From Utricularia gibba (taxonomy: Eukaryota > Plantae > Magnoliophyta), in NCBI GenBank assembly GCA_002189035.1, contig NEEC01000008.1, forward strand, positions 2,046,001-2,110,000: a DNA stretch of 64,000 nt, in the 5' to 3' direction. A program made the translations under genes and the position numbers. The notes under the pieces are model-generated. The model searched no databases, was not told the origin of the DNA, and saw only the letters and a list, made by a program, of their open reading frames with translations. Positions 1-13,200 of the stretch are shown here, piece after piece (the stretch's first letter is position 1; each line of letters begins with the position of its first letter).

Positions 1-1462
1 GATTTATTTTTCAATTTTGACGAAAATCGAGTGTCAACCTCTTACACATCAGCTTTTGCTTTGGATCCAAACCTAACATCAAGAAATAAATAATATATAT
101 ATAATATATATATATTTTTTATATTTAATCATCAACTTTTCGAATTTGATAATTTGTTAAATAATTATTCATATGTGTAGGGTTGTCGAATGTATAGATA
201 TCTAAAAGTGAAAGAATCTAAAAGTGAGAGATTCTAATATTAAAGAGTATAGTAACCATATTTCACATTAATTATGGATAATAAGAGATGTACTTAAATA
301 TAATGACATTCATAATTTTATATGAGATCTTTTTTTGTAAAAATGAAGAATGTAAAATTTTGAGAATTGGATATACGAAATGAATAGTATCATATAATAA
401 TAGAGTGACATTTGATGTCATATATATAATTTGCTTATCATTTCTAAATTTAGAACCAATTATAATTGATATGACACTTCTTTGCTTTACTATTTCATGA
501 TAATATAGTCACAAGTTTTCTTGGTACAGATGTCAATATAGTCCAAGTGATGTCCCTCCACTGATGATTCACCTGTTCACTAACTTTAAATATAATATCC
601 ATTTTTTGGGATGTCCCCCACACCATCACAATTATAATTAGGTGATGAGTTTAATCATCCTTGAGTATATTTGTTATTTGGTACCAACCATCATTATTCA
701 ATTTATTCAATATCCATACAATATTGTAGTCTATTTATATTTCATGTATGATTTTGATAGATACCAATAACACTGATTTTTTAAATCAAAAGTGTTGGTT
801 TCTTTTTCACATACTTATGATTAAGACTATATTTGCTGATGTATTGATACTTGTTTTTGGACATCAAATTTTTAGATGATAGAATCTTCAAATTGCAAAA
901 AACATGTTAATATTTAGAGAAAAAATGTTTAAATTGATCGAGTCTTCATGAATTTTGCTTTAGTGCAAGTTTTATATGATAGTATAATTAATAATGTATT
1001 TGATTTAAAACAAATATCTTATACCTTGGATTATTTAGCAAAACTCATCTAGAGTTTAAGTTTTAAAATACCTCATTCGAAGTGTTTTACAGTAAAACTA
1101 ATCTACCAAACATTCACTTCGTGTATTACAATCCACACGAAATCAATTTTGTATTTTAATGTGTTTTCCATGATATCAAACTACCAATTACCCATTGTAT
1201 GTCTTTTTTTTTTCAGGCCCATCTGTAAGTCTAATGGCACTAAGATTTCAAAAAAAAAAACAGAAAAGAGAAAAGGAGCTTCTTATATTACAACACATTG
1301 AGCCCAGAAATCCACAAACGAAAAAAACACTGGAAACACAGCAGATCTTTGTAAGATTAGAATTACATGTAAGAAAAGGGGGAAGCCATGATTATGCCCC
1401 TCTTCGTTAGCAGGTGATACATCTGATGAGTCAACAATATCCACAGTCATGAGGCCGATTAG

Positions 1463-2981
1463 TCAGGTTGAGTTGGTTGTTTCACAAGGCTGGTAGTCAA
1501 CTATTTTGCCCTGTTTGCCGCAACCGCCGCCTGACAGTGAGTTCTTGCCGGAACCACGATAACCACCATCCTCACTCGTTGTAGCAGGATAGGGGGCTGC
1601 TGTCACGTCACCCACATGGATTTGTGGATGACCAACTCCAACTGCTTGCGCAGATTTCATGTCTATGCCATCAACCAATGCTCCTTCAAATGCGTTTCCA
1701 CCAAAACTCACAACTCCGGTGCTGCCATTTACGTAGGCGGGGTACACTGGAGCAGCATTCACGTAAGGCAAGAAATTTCCCCTAACACCAATACCTCCGG
1801 CGCCCCAGTCATTCCTGGGGGGAACTGGAGCATATGTATAGCTGATGCCAGGATAATTTCCGATAGGATATCCACCACCACTGTAAATGCCAGTTCCATA
1901 GGGGTATCCAGCGAGGCTAGCATATCCATTGGGGAAGTATCCAAATCTTGGTTGGTATGTTGGGAAACCGGTTTGTTGATAAGGAGTGAAACTTGGGCTT
2001 CTTCCACCACCTATCCGTCCACTATAGCCATTGCTGCTACTGGTAGTTCCATCTTTAGGGACAGCTCTCTTGACCTCCACAAGCTTACCACTCAGCTCGT
2101 GGAAGTTAGTCTGCATGACTTCTTCAGCCGACTCTTCAGTGTCGAAAGTAATAAAGCCAAATCCTCTTGGCCTGTGGGTCATGTTATCATGCATCACGAC
2201 TACATCATTAATTCTACCAAACTTCTCAAAATACCGCCTAAAATCTTCTTCTGTTAGATTTGCTGACAATCCCCCTACAAAAATTTTCTTGGTTCGAATC
2301 TGATCATTGCCCCTGTAATTGGTTCTACTGTAATTTCTACTGGACCCTCGGTGATGGAGCTGTTGGTTTTGTTGTTCGCTCCTGGGAATAGCCCTTTTCA
2401 CTTCTACCTGTCCATTTTTTTTTAATGGATGAAATATCAGATACCCAATAACCTACTAAAAAAAATAGAAACCAAATAACCTACTTCAAAAAATATCAAA
2501 TACAACTACCACTAACTTGGAAATAGTTAGACAGATATTAAGATCACACCAAGAGCAAATCGTCTTGCAAAAAACGAACCAGAAAGCACCTCCCCGGAGG
2601 AAAGAAATGAAACCCGTCAAAAATTTCCAACCCTTCGGGCAAAAAAAAAAAAAAAAAAAAAAAACAAAAGCCTTCAAAAAACAAGGATTGAGGTGGAAAA
2701 AGGTACAATTGAAAAGCACAGAAACCCATGTAGAGTAGATCGAACAAGAAGTACACCGTTCTGTTGAGAATCTGATGGGAGTCCTGCAGCGCGCGATCGA
2801 CAGCCGAAGACTCCGTGAAGGTGACAAATGCAAAACCTCTGGGAACGCCTGTATTCTTATCCCTGGCAATCACTGAGCTAAGAACCGTGCCGTATTTGCT
2901 AAAATGCTCCTTCAGGACATCCTCCGTCGTCTCCCACGAAATTCCTCCAACAAAAAGCTTACTCTGGTCCGCGTCCACCAT
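1463..2981 (-). CDS. Two-RRM RNA-binding protein (hnRNP A1/Musashi-like) with Gly/Tyr/Pro-rich C-terminus; exons 2981-2757 and 2407-1463
   Basis: RRM1 KLFVGGISW...RGFAFVTF and RRM2 KIFVGGLS...RGFGFITF. GT-AG intron joins LNRT/VEVKR in frame. ATG at 2981 (the ORF track starts at an upstream TTG). Confidence 0.93.
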
Positions 2982-3053
2982 ACTACCCCTCAAATACGCT
3001 CCCAATTAACAGAAACTGGAGAAGAAACACAGGAACGAGGAACCACAAAGAAC

Positions 3054-3061
3054 TAGGGTTT
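3054..3061 (-). promoter_or_regulatory. Telo-box (AAACCCTA) in the 5' leader/promoter of the hnRNP gene
   Basis: Plus strand reads tagggttt, about 75 nt upstream of the ATG at 2981. Confidence 0.5.
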
Positions 3062-4568
3062 GTCGCTGTGAAAAATTAATTTGGGGCAATCGATGCGACC
3101 GGGACGAATTACCGCGACTCCTTTTTCCTCTTTATATTATTATTTCATTCAAATTCATAATAAATTTGACTTTCCTATATTATTATAAAAATAAAATGAC
3201 GAAAAGTTCTGAAAAACCATTTTGACATAAATTTATATAAAAAAATACATTTCGAAAATAAAAAATAATTTATTTTTACTTAATTTGTATTTGCTATACA
3301 TTCAAATATATTTTCCTTAAAATTAAAAGTAAAAATAAATATATTTTACAACACACATAATTTTACTTTAAAAAAATAAAAACAAATTTTACTTCAATTC
3401 GGAGTCGATTATACTTTATTTCTTATTTTTTATATAAATACACAATCTTATTTTCGAAAAATTATTATATCATTATCCAAGAATATGATGGGTGGCTAGT
3501 CAAATTTTGTCCGGTTCTTGTTGAGCATCATATGGAGCACATGGCCGGTTCTTCCTTATAAAAAGTATGGGTTATCACCCACTCTGTCAAAACTGGAGAT
3601 GTGGAGGGTAAGAAGGTCTTTCAATACTTTCCACGTCGACGGCGAAATGGTTGACTGAAAAAACCTTTTGACTCTGTATTTTTTATTTTCTCAAAAATAA
3701 AAACATGTTTTTTCACATGATACATTTCATTTTCACATATTTTATAATTCAATTTGTTGCTGTGTACGAAATATTATATAATTTTATATGTAATTATAAA
3801 ATAATTGTGAAAAAACACAACCAAGTCTTGTATTGATATGACAAAGGGTTGACTCAGTAAACTCTATAGCTCCAAAAATATCGTCTTCCCAAATCACCCT
3901 TGAAGGAATCCTTAAGTTGTGAGTTATGATAACTTGGTATAATTTTAATTGCAATATTTAAACTAAATCAGAACAATATTTAAGATCCTATTCACATAAT
4001 ATTAGAAGCCAAAACATGATTAAGTGCATAAAGATTTCTTTTCGTATGATGAAATTGAATAATATATTCATATATTTTTATTTTCAAGATTTTTTAAAAT
4101 TTAAATATCCATATTTTTAAGGATATATAAAAATATTTCCATAAAAATAAAAAAGTTTAATCTTGAGGTTGAGAAGATTTTAAGTCGAATTCCCATATTT
4201 TCAAACCTTTTGAATTTGCTCCAAATTCATACACCTTGCAGTTTCAGATTCTTGACTTTGATATTGTTTTTCAAAGTGAACAAAAAATACTTTAAAAAAT
4301 ACAAAATATGTTTTATCTCCAAAAAAATAAATTTAAATTAATAAAAATATAATAAAATGAGTATATATTAATTAATAAATATTTTTTTATTGGGTTGCAG
4401 CTGACCTTATATTTAAATATTTAAAAGGAATTTTCCACTTTTGAGGCTTTTGATCTTCATTCGTTGAAATTCTGCACCAAAATCTTCGTGGGAGCAGTTG
4501 AGCAAGCAAACATCTGCGATTCCATAAACCAGATTCATGCAGTGACGTGTGCATTCTTCTAGAAGAAG

Positions 4569-5023
4569 ATGAAGCTCCCTACCAATTCCCCCCTTGCTTT
4601 CTTCTGCTCGTCCTCCGGGGAATCATTCTGTCGCTCATCATTACCTTCAGACGCTGCAAGCTCGCGATCGCGGAGTACAAGTTCATGTCGGTTATCAGCA
4701 GCAACACCCATAAGTTCGTTTACCGCGACGCATCCGGGCAGGCGCTGGATAGCTGCTGCATATGCTTGTTGGAGTTTGCGGACGGAGACAGGGGGGAAGA
4801 GATCGTGGGCTGCAAACATGGATTTCATACCGACTGTTTGGAGCAGTGGTTGCGGCGATGTAGCCCCGTCGGCACCTGCCCCCTTTGCCGGAGATTGGTG
4901 GTGCCGGCGGCGATTGTGGAGGAGTACCGGAGGGTGCAGAGTGAGCTGGAAGAGAATGAGGGGGTTGAGGAGGAGTGGGTACTGTTGCTTCAAAATGTGT
5001 TTAATGGGGGAATCAAGGTGTGA
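4569..5023 (+). CDS. ATL-type RING-H2 E3 ubiquitin ligase with N-terminal hydrophobic segment; apparent -1 frameshift near the start
   Basis: CCICLLEF...CKHGFHTDCLEQWL...CPLC is a RING-H2 motif, preceded by GIILSLIITF. The nearest usable ATG (4569) is one base out of frame; adding one base in C6 (4588-4593) or G4 (4617-4620) restores it. Confidence 0.75.
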
Positions 5024-5081
5024 AATACCCAAGGATTGGTTCCTTTTGCGTAGTTCTGTATTTACTCTCCACTTTCAAGCT

Positions 5082-5513
5082 TCAGGAGTAGACGAAATCT
5101 TTCTTGTTCATGTCGCGCAGCGCACATATCTTCCCACACATTTTGCAAAAATCAACTACATACCGCCGACGCTAAGAGCTCTCGGAAACGGAGTGGCGGC
5201 TGCAGCAATACCTTCTCAGAATCAAAGAGCCCGCCTTTCAATTCGGGCTCAATATTCGTCACACGCGCATTTAGGTTTTGCAAACTTCCGAGTTTCCGAA
5301 ATTGCGGCGGCTCTTCAGTTCTCTGTCAAAAGACTGAAGCACTCCACGGATGAGCTATTCTCAGAGCGCCTGGCTCTCAACAAGACAGCTGCGTTACAGA
5401 ATGTTTTCGACGGCGACTGCTGTGATTCGCATCCACTCTCTCTCTCCAGGAAGCCGCCAAGTCTCCGATGGTGTGCCGGAGAAGAACGCAATGTCGTGGA
5501 ACTGGTAGGTCAT
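5082..5513 (-). pseudogene. Degraded PLS-class pentatricopeptide-repeat (PPR)-like gene remnant
   Basis: Broken frames give VVDFCKMCGKI..DMNKKDFV (5159-5082) and FCNAAVLLRA..ENSSSVECFSLL, resembling PPR motifs LVDFYxKCGxI..FDEMxxKDxV and NxxLRAYS.....E..SLF. Multiple stops. TGGGCY site-II motifs just upstream (about 5530-5547). Confidence 0.4.
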
Positions 5514-7283
5514 CCCACAGCCCATTAAATTGGGCTCGTTTTGGGCCACACTGAACCCCTCCTTAACCTTGTACCCTAGCAAAAGGACTTTGGAATTAAT
5601 TGAGGTCCCTCTATTAAATGCAACCAAAAAAAGAAAAGAAAATAGGTTGCAAATTGTCTAGTTTTTTTTTAAAGGATAATATTGGGTAAAGTCATTCACT
5701 AAATTAATTTACTTATTTACAAGACATTTTTTCATTTTTTATTGAATATCCATATCCAAGATTGTAGTAAATTGAAAACTTACAAATCAATCATTAAAAA
5801 ATAAAATACTTTTATCACATTAGCTTTGGGGACATGTGCACACATGAAGGGATAAATTCAATTTAATATAAAAATAAGGAATATTTAGTACATTAAAACT
5901 AAATATAAGTATTGTAATAAATAATATATTGAACAGATATATTATTTTTTTGTTTTTGTTTTTTTATATCATTTATCCTATGATTGAAGTGAGATGAAAG
6001 AAGACATGTGAAGAGGTAAAGAAAAGAAAAAGACATGAACAGGTTGTCTGGATGGATCAGCAAATACAAAAAGAGTCAACATCTTGGGGTCGCACATTAC
6101 AAAAGTATCCCTATCAGGTCCCCAGTGACAGTGAGGGTACTAGGGGTTTCTTGGTAATTTGATACCTCCAACTCAACAGTAAAAAATATTGCATATTACT
6201 TAAAGAGGCACAATCTCCGGTTTATTAGTTTTGCGATCCAAACAGCACTGAAAGTTTTGTCATTTGCCAGATCCTCAGCAGCTGCAGTTGGGAACATTTT
6301 TAAGATTGGATTTTTAGCCAATTGCTAGTGGGAAACACGGATTAAGTGTTTAAGCAATCTTGAAAGGTTACATTTTTTTACTAGTTCTTGCCCCTTAGCC
6401 ACATGGTTTCATTTATACTTGCATTTCAAGCTGCTGATCTCGGATTCCATGGTTAGGTAATCAGTAAGCTGTGGCCCTTCACGACCCCTGATTGTGCATT
6501 GTCGTGAAAATGATGGGTGAGCTCGAAATGTGATGGGCTATTCCTATACAGGGAATAAAGCGTAGCAGCTTGTGTTTACTACTTTTTTCAGGCGCGGGGG
6601 AGCTGAGTTTCCACTGATGTCGCTTCCCTACTGCAGATTCCTCACTTTGTGACTTCTCGGGGTGGGGGGAGAGTGGCAGTGCTTCGGATGTCTTTCCTTC
6701 ATCAAGTGTAGTTGCTTGAATCCTCATTTTCTAGTATTCCTCAGGTGGGTTCTCACGAGGATTTCACATTTGGCTCTCTCTTGATGGCTGTTTCTAGAAA
6801 TATTTCTCGGTGCCTCTGTGGGGCTCATATCTGTATTTTCTTGGTGGCTAAAGGCCTCCTTTCTGCGGTGGTGGACCAATTGGTTGAGTAAATGTAACTT
6901 CTTCTTTTATACTTCGTTACACCTAAAGCCATAGCCCTGGTTTTATGGTACACTCTCTGTCGGTGAACTTTCTCAGGATCTGCATTTTCGCGTTTCTTTG
7001 CCTCTTCCGATTATGTCATTAATTGAGCTACATGTATCATGAATCGGGATAAGTGGTTTTCTGCGGTTATATCTTATGTTCTGTGAAATCAGACTCGAAG
7101 TTTTTACTGGAAATTGATGTATAGCTTCCTTGATTGATTATTTCGATGGGATAACCACTTAAGTTTTGGTATCTCCTTTAAGTTATGCGAATTTGGTTAT
7201 CTCATTCAGTTTTGGTTTTTCATTGATGGCATTCTGCAATTTGTTGCCTCAGGATTTATGATTAGGCTGCATAGTTTCAAATA

Positions 7284-10200
7284 ATGTCCCGGGGTTTCAA
7301 GTGGAAGCTCGAGCAGACTAAAACAAAAGTGGTCTTTCGTCTTCAGTTTCATGCTACACATGTATGATTGCTTCTTTTCATTCTTCTACTATCTATATAG
7401 TTTGTTGTGCAATATGGTTTTATAGATTTTCCTCTCAAGTGGTTGGGAAATGTTGATGGATTAGGTTCCGCCGACTGGTTGGGATAAGTTGTTCATTTCA
7501 TTCTTTTCTGCTGATACTGGAAAGCCTACTGCTAAGACATCCAAAGCAAATGTAAGAAATGGAACCTGTAAATGGCCGGATCCTATTTATGAAACTACGA
7601 GGCTGCATCAAAATCCCCAATGCAAGCAGTATGATGATAAGCTCTACAAAATTATTGTTGCTATGGTACTGATCAAGCATGGGTTGTAAATTAATAATTA
7701 TCTTCAATTATGTGATGAAGTATCAGGGAACACCTTTTTCATTCCAACCTGATGTTTTGTGTAGGGTTCATCTCGGTCTAGTATCCTTGGTGAGACTACC
7801 ATCAACCTTGCTGATTTTGTAGATCCATTAAAATCGTCTGTGGTGTCCCTTGCTCTTCAGGGATGCAGCTATGGGACTCTATTACATGTGAGGAGAAAAA
7901 CATTATGAAAAATTCTTGTTACAATTAATTTTCCTGTTGACTGTTTCTTCAGCTTATTCCTGGAAAAGAAAACTTAAGTTCATTTAGTATTTCTTCGGCC
8001 GCTTTGTGCTTTCCATGGTATTTGATTGTGCAAAAATCACTGAATTTTTTATATTCCTGTGATGCAGGTGAATGTCCAGATCCTAACATCAAAGACTGGC
8101 TTTAGGTACTGAAGTGCAGTTGAGTTCTAATTTGGATTCCAGTATCATATAAAGTGCAACTTTGTTCACATTTCAGGGAATTTGAGCAGCAGAGAGAGCT
8201 AAGGGAAAGGGTTTTAGACCCAGGGGTGAACTGCCATAATCAAAATGCTACACATAAAATGTGCACTTTGGATGAGGTGAAAATCCTATCATCTTCATTG
8301 TTTCTGCTCCATTTTCTGGAATTTTCGTTTTCTTTAAATTTTCATGTAGTAACCTGATACTGTCAATTCATATGAGTGCGAACCTCTGGCTGCATCATGA
8401 GGAAGCTTGAGTTCACTCTTAAAGCTTTCATGCAGGTCACTAGAAGGACTAGATCAAAACTAGATGCTGCTGAGCTTTCTTCAGTTGACGAAGATACCAG
8501 TGTAAATGAAGAATATGCTGACTCCGGAATTGGGTTTGATGGCTCATCCAGTACTTCAGGAAGCTTATGTACAGAGAAACCTGAATCTTCCAGTAGACAT
8601 GATATTGATGGCACCAGAAGCACAATATCTGGTGATGCACTTCCTCATACAATTAAAGGCGATGCAGCTGATCCTCAAAATTTGTTAAATGGGAGTACTA
8701 AATCTGCTGAATTATGGACCTTGGAGAATTCAACAGATTGTAATTCAGCAGCAATTTTTGAGGAGAATAATAGACTTAGAGAAAGCTTGGCAGTGGCCGA
8801 GTCATATTCTTTTAGCCTTAAGATGGAAATTGGCTCTTTGCAATGCTTAGCTGATGGGTTAAGTGCTGAAACCGAGAAGTTTTCTCACCTTCTTGATGCT
8901 GAGATTTCTTCACTCCATGATTTAACAAAAGAGGTCTCCATGCTGAAATCTGATTACGTCAATTTGAAGGATGGTATGAGCAAGCTCAAGGATTTTACAG
9001 TTGGCCACACTATGAAAAATGATGCTCAGTTGGGTTTCGATATGATTGGTCAGTTTCAAAGGGGGTTACAGTAGTTGAAGTTAAGATAAGGGAATTGCTG
9101 AGTAAGATTTTCCACGGTCATCTTGATGGGGACACCAAGTCTATTTGTCTAGAGCTGAAAGCATTACTTAATTTTGTCCTGGATTTGAAACTGGAAAATA
9201 GGGTAACGTCAGAAACTTCTGGTACCAATGAGATCGGAAAACTAGTGATTTCTAACCATGAAGAGTCTTCGTCTGGTAGTTTGCTTGGTTCAGATTTATG
9301 TCGCCCTGAGATTCTTCCACATTTGATATTAAATACACCTGAATCTGTGCTAGCTGACTCTGCAGTTACTTTGGAGGCAATGAATGACCAAATTTTAGAC
9401 ATTGTCAGAGAATTGGATGAAGTGAAAGTTGAAAAAGGGGTGCTTACCAAAAAAATGGATCAAATGGAATGCTATTATGAAGGGCTTGTTCAGGAGCTGG
9501 AAGACACTCAGAAGAGGTTGTTGGGAGAGTTGCAGCTCTTGAGGAATGAACGTTCCACTTCCCTTCATGCACTATCTGCTGTGGAAGCTGAAAATGAATT
9601 ATTACATCAACAAATTAATCAGCAGATGCAACGTTTTGTGGAGGAGAGGCGAGACCTGGAAGAACTTAACAAGGATCTAGAGAGAAGGGCTAGCATCTCA
9701 GAAGCTGCTCTGAGAAGAGCTCGATTGAACTACACAGTTGCGGTGGATAAGTTGCAAAAGGATCTTGAACTGCTTTCCTCTCAGGTTGTATCCATGTTTG
9801 AGACAAATGAATGCCTAATCAGGAAGGCTTTACCTTTGCAGCATGAAAGAGGAATGCACAACCCAGAGGAGGATAATAAAGTTGAAAAATTAACATCCTT
9901 CAATAAAAAATCAGTTGGTGGTGATATTCTTTTTGAGGACTTGAAGAGATCCTTCTGCTTGCAAGGGGAGCTTTATAAAAAGCTTGAAGATGAGCTTATC
10001 AGAGTGTATTCTATGAATCTGGGTCTGGATATATATTCAAATGCTTTGCAAGGGTCACTGCATGATGCAGATATTCTGGTTGGAATCATGAGGGAAAAAA
10101 TGGAAGAACTTGAGGAGGAGTTGGAACTCTCTACTGCTTCACAGAATCATTTGATGTTGACGTTGCAACAAGCTAAAGAGGATATTCATGCTCTTAATGA

Positions 10201-13200
10201 ATTCAAAGCTAATAGTTTTTCTCAGTGTGCAGATCTGGCTGAGCAAAATCAGCTTTTAGAAAAGAAAGTGATGAGCATCTCTGGGGAAAATCACATTCTA
10301 GCCCAGAAGCTGAACGATCAGGAGAATATGGCAATGGAATGCGCAAGTTACAAAAACAAATGTGAGGCTTTTCTGGTTGAAAATGAAGAGCTATCTCTTC
10401 AGTTAAATCATGAATTGCTTGAGAAGGAGAGACTTGCCAATGATATCTCTGCATTAGAGGAAAACATTTCGAGTCTTAAAAATGAATGTGATAAACTGCT
10501 TCATTTGAAGGAGAACCATGAAGAAAAAATCAGCAATACGGAAGATAAATTATCTGCCTCTCTTATTCAGAATGCTGAGCTGTCTCTTCAGCTAAAGCAT
10601 GGTGTGCTTGAAAAAGAGAAGCTTGTGAATGATATGTCAATTTTGGAAGGCCAAGTTGTTGCCCTTACATCAGAATCCGATAAATTGCTTCATTTGAGGG
10701 AGAGTCTTGAAGAAAAGATCACCTTTACAGAAAATAAGTTGGCTGCTTGTCTGGCTGAGAATGCAGAGCTATCTCTTCAGTTGAAGCATGAATTGCTTGA
10801 AAAGGAGAAACTCGCCAATGATATCTCAGTATTGGAGGGAAACATTGCGACTTTTAAATTGGAATCCGATAAATTGCTTCATCTGAAGCAGAATCATGAA
10901 GAAAATATTACCTTGGCAGAAAACAAATTGTCTGCTTGTCTGATCGAGAATGCTGATCTATCTCTTCAGTTGAAGCAGGAAGTGCTTGAAAGGGAGAAAC
11001 TTGCCAATGAGATGTCAACTTTGCATGAAGAATTTGTGACACTTAGATTAGATTCTGATAAATTGCTTCATCTGAAAGAGAGTCTTGAAGAAAAAATCAG
11101 TTTTACAGAAGATAAGTTGGCTGCTTGCCTGGTTGAGAATGATCAGCTATCTTTTCAGTTAAAATATGAAGTGCTTCAAAATGAGAAACTTGCAAATGAT
11201 ATATCACTTTTGGAGGGAAGCACTGTGACTCTTAAATTAGAATGTAGCAAATTGCTTGATTTGAAGGAAAATCTTGAGGAAAAGATCAGCTTTACAGAAA
11301 AGAAGTTGGCCCATTTGTTGGAATCATATAATCAGCAATTTTATCATTTAGATGTTAGTCCGGGCTCCATCTTGGAGAATATGGATAAAAAAGATGTCAT
11401 TTTTCAATTGCAGCAAGTCCAGCAGGACGCATGCTTGAAAAATTCTCAGTTGCTAAAGGAGAATCAAGTTCTTAAAAGTGAGAGAGACAGTGCGGATGCA
11501 TCGTTGATGGCATTCAGGTCTGAAATTCAGGTGATGAAGCAACTGCTTGAGCATAATGCACAGGATATGTTGATGAGACTGGATTTATCAAATACTCTTG
11601 TAGCACAATTTCAAGTTAAGCTTGAATCACTAGCCGAGAAACTTTATTTGAGATCAGAACTTGAAAATGAGTACATCGAGCAGATTGAAAAATTTTTGGC
11701 TGATCTTGCTCATACTGAAGGCCAAGTTGGAGAGTTGTTTTCTGAAAACGGGTACCTTAATTTAGCACATTCAGGCATGGTTGCCTTGGAACAAGAACTC
11801 CAGACGAGCAAGCAAATCATCATAGAGCTGACGGATAGTAATCAAGAACTCGATTGGCACTTGCTGAATAAAACTGAGGAATCTGCCAAACTTTCTGGTG
11901 ATGTGAGCTGTCTGAAGGAAAAAATGATGAGCATGCTTGACGATTTGCATGCAGAAAAGCACTTGAGAATTGAGCTAGAAAGAAGAGCCATGGATCTTAA
12001 TTCAGAATTGAATGAGTGCCATAACAAATTGGTTCACCAAAATGATGAACTTGAACATGCTAGGGAGACGGTCTCAGATCTGGAAGTAGAGAAGTCAAAA
12101 CTTGCTCATATTTTGAGTCAGCAGAACGAAGAACTTGGAACTCAGAAGTCTTACCAGGATAGTCTTAAAGGCTGGTTAATGGAACTCCTCGACCATGCAA
12201 TTGCTACAGAGGTCACACAGATATATTTAGCAAACCAGTATGAATCTCATCATTTGGAACTGAATCAGAAACCTTGTCAGTCAGAAGTTCGTCAGGATGC
12301 AGTTGAGAAGAAATATAGTGATGGAAAAATTATGCTGAGTCAGTGTGAAGATAGTGGTGCATCAGGAGGTGTGGAAACTGAGTTTTCATTGAATGGGAAT
12401 CCGTCTGCAGCCAATTTAGAAGACCTAAGATGCAGGATGAGAGATGCTGAGGAACAGATCATATCTTTTGCATTATTGAACGAGGAATTGGAAGTTGTAG
12501 TTATGATACTTGAAGAGAAGCTTAAGGAAGCATCTGCTGAGTTAAAAAAGGAATATGAAGATGAATTAACAGAACTTCGCAGCCGGTGCAATGAACTTTC
12601 ATCTAAGCTCTCAGATCAGGTTATGAAGACAGAGGAGTTTAAGAACTTATCGATACACTTGAGAGAAATCAAAGACAAGGCTGAAGCAGAATATCTTGTT
12701 GCTAGTAGGAAAACAGAGGTTGAAACACCGGCTGTTTCGGGGCAAGATACATTACGAGTGGCTTTCATGAAGGAACAGTATGAAACTAGGAATCAAGAAC
12801 TGAAGCAGCAGCTTGCAATCTCTAAAAAGCACGGGGAGGAGATGCTTCTGAAGCTGCAAGATGCCATTGATGAACTTGAGAACACGAAAAGGTCAGAAGC
12901 TCTGAGCCTGAGGAGAAATGAGGAGTTGTGTCTCAGACTCGCCAACCTTGATTCTGAATTACAGTCAGCCATCACAGAAAAGCGCGAAAAAGGTAAAGCT
13001 TATGACCGAATGAAAGCTGAACTAGAATGTGCACTACTAAGCCTGGAATGTTGCAAGGAAGAAAGGGAAAAGCTTGAAGCTTGTGTACTAGATTTTGAGG
13101 TGGCCAATTCTCAACTCACTCTAGAACTTTCCTCAATGAAGCAGCAGTTGGATGAATTGAATTCTCGTGTGAAGCTTGATAACAATTACCAAGTTCCAGA

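Noticed and set aside
420-880. Possible decayed transposase fragment in the AT-rich left end
   Set aside because: No convincing motif or terminal inverted repeats could be read.
1616-2257. 213-aa plus-strand ORF
   Set aside because: Antisense shadow of the hnRNP exon with no recognisable motif.
2641-2664. Long A/T homopolymers (also at about 25432, 31014, 53144, 59949) as retroposed poly(A) tails
   Set aside because: Mostly intronic U-rich tracts with no TSD or processed-gene body, and their lengths are unreliable in this assembly.
3483-3533. ATATGATG...CATCATAT terminal stem, considered as a snoRNA or miRNA
   Set aside because: Only 8 bp of pairing, no proper C/D boxes and no known miRNA sequence.
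4569-5528. 319-aa plus-strand ORF
   Set aside because: Off-frame reading of the RING gene running into antisense of the PPR-like remnant; no coherent domain.
9058-9074. Programmed -1 ribosomal frameshift at AAAGGGGGTTA
   Set aside because: Not an X XXY YYZ heptamer in frame, and it fits the window-wide homopolymer-deletion pattern.
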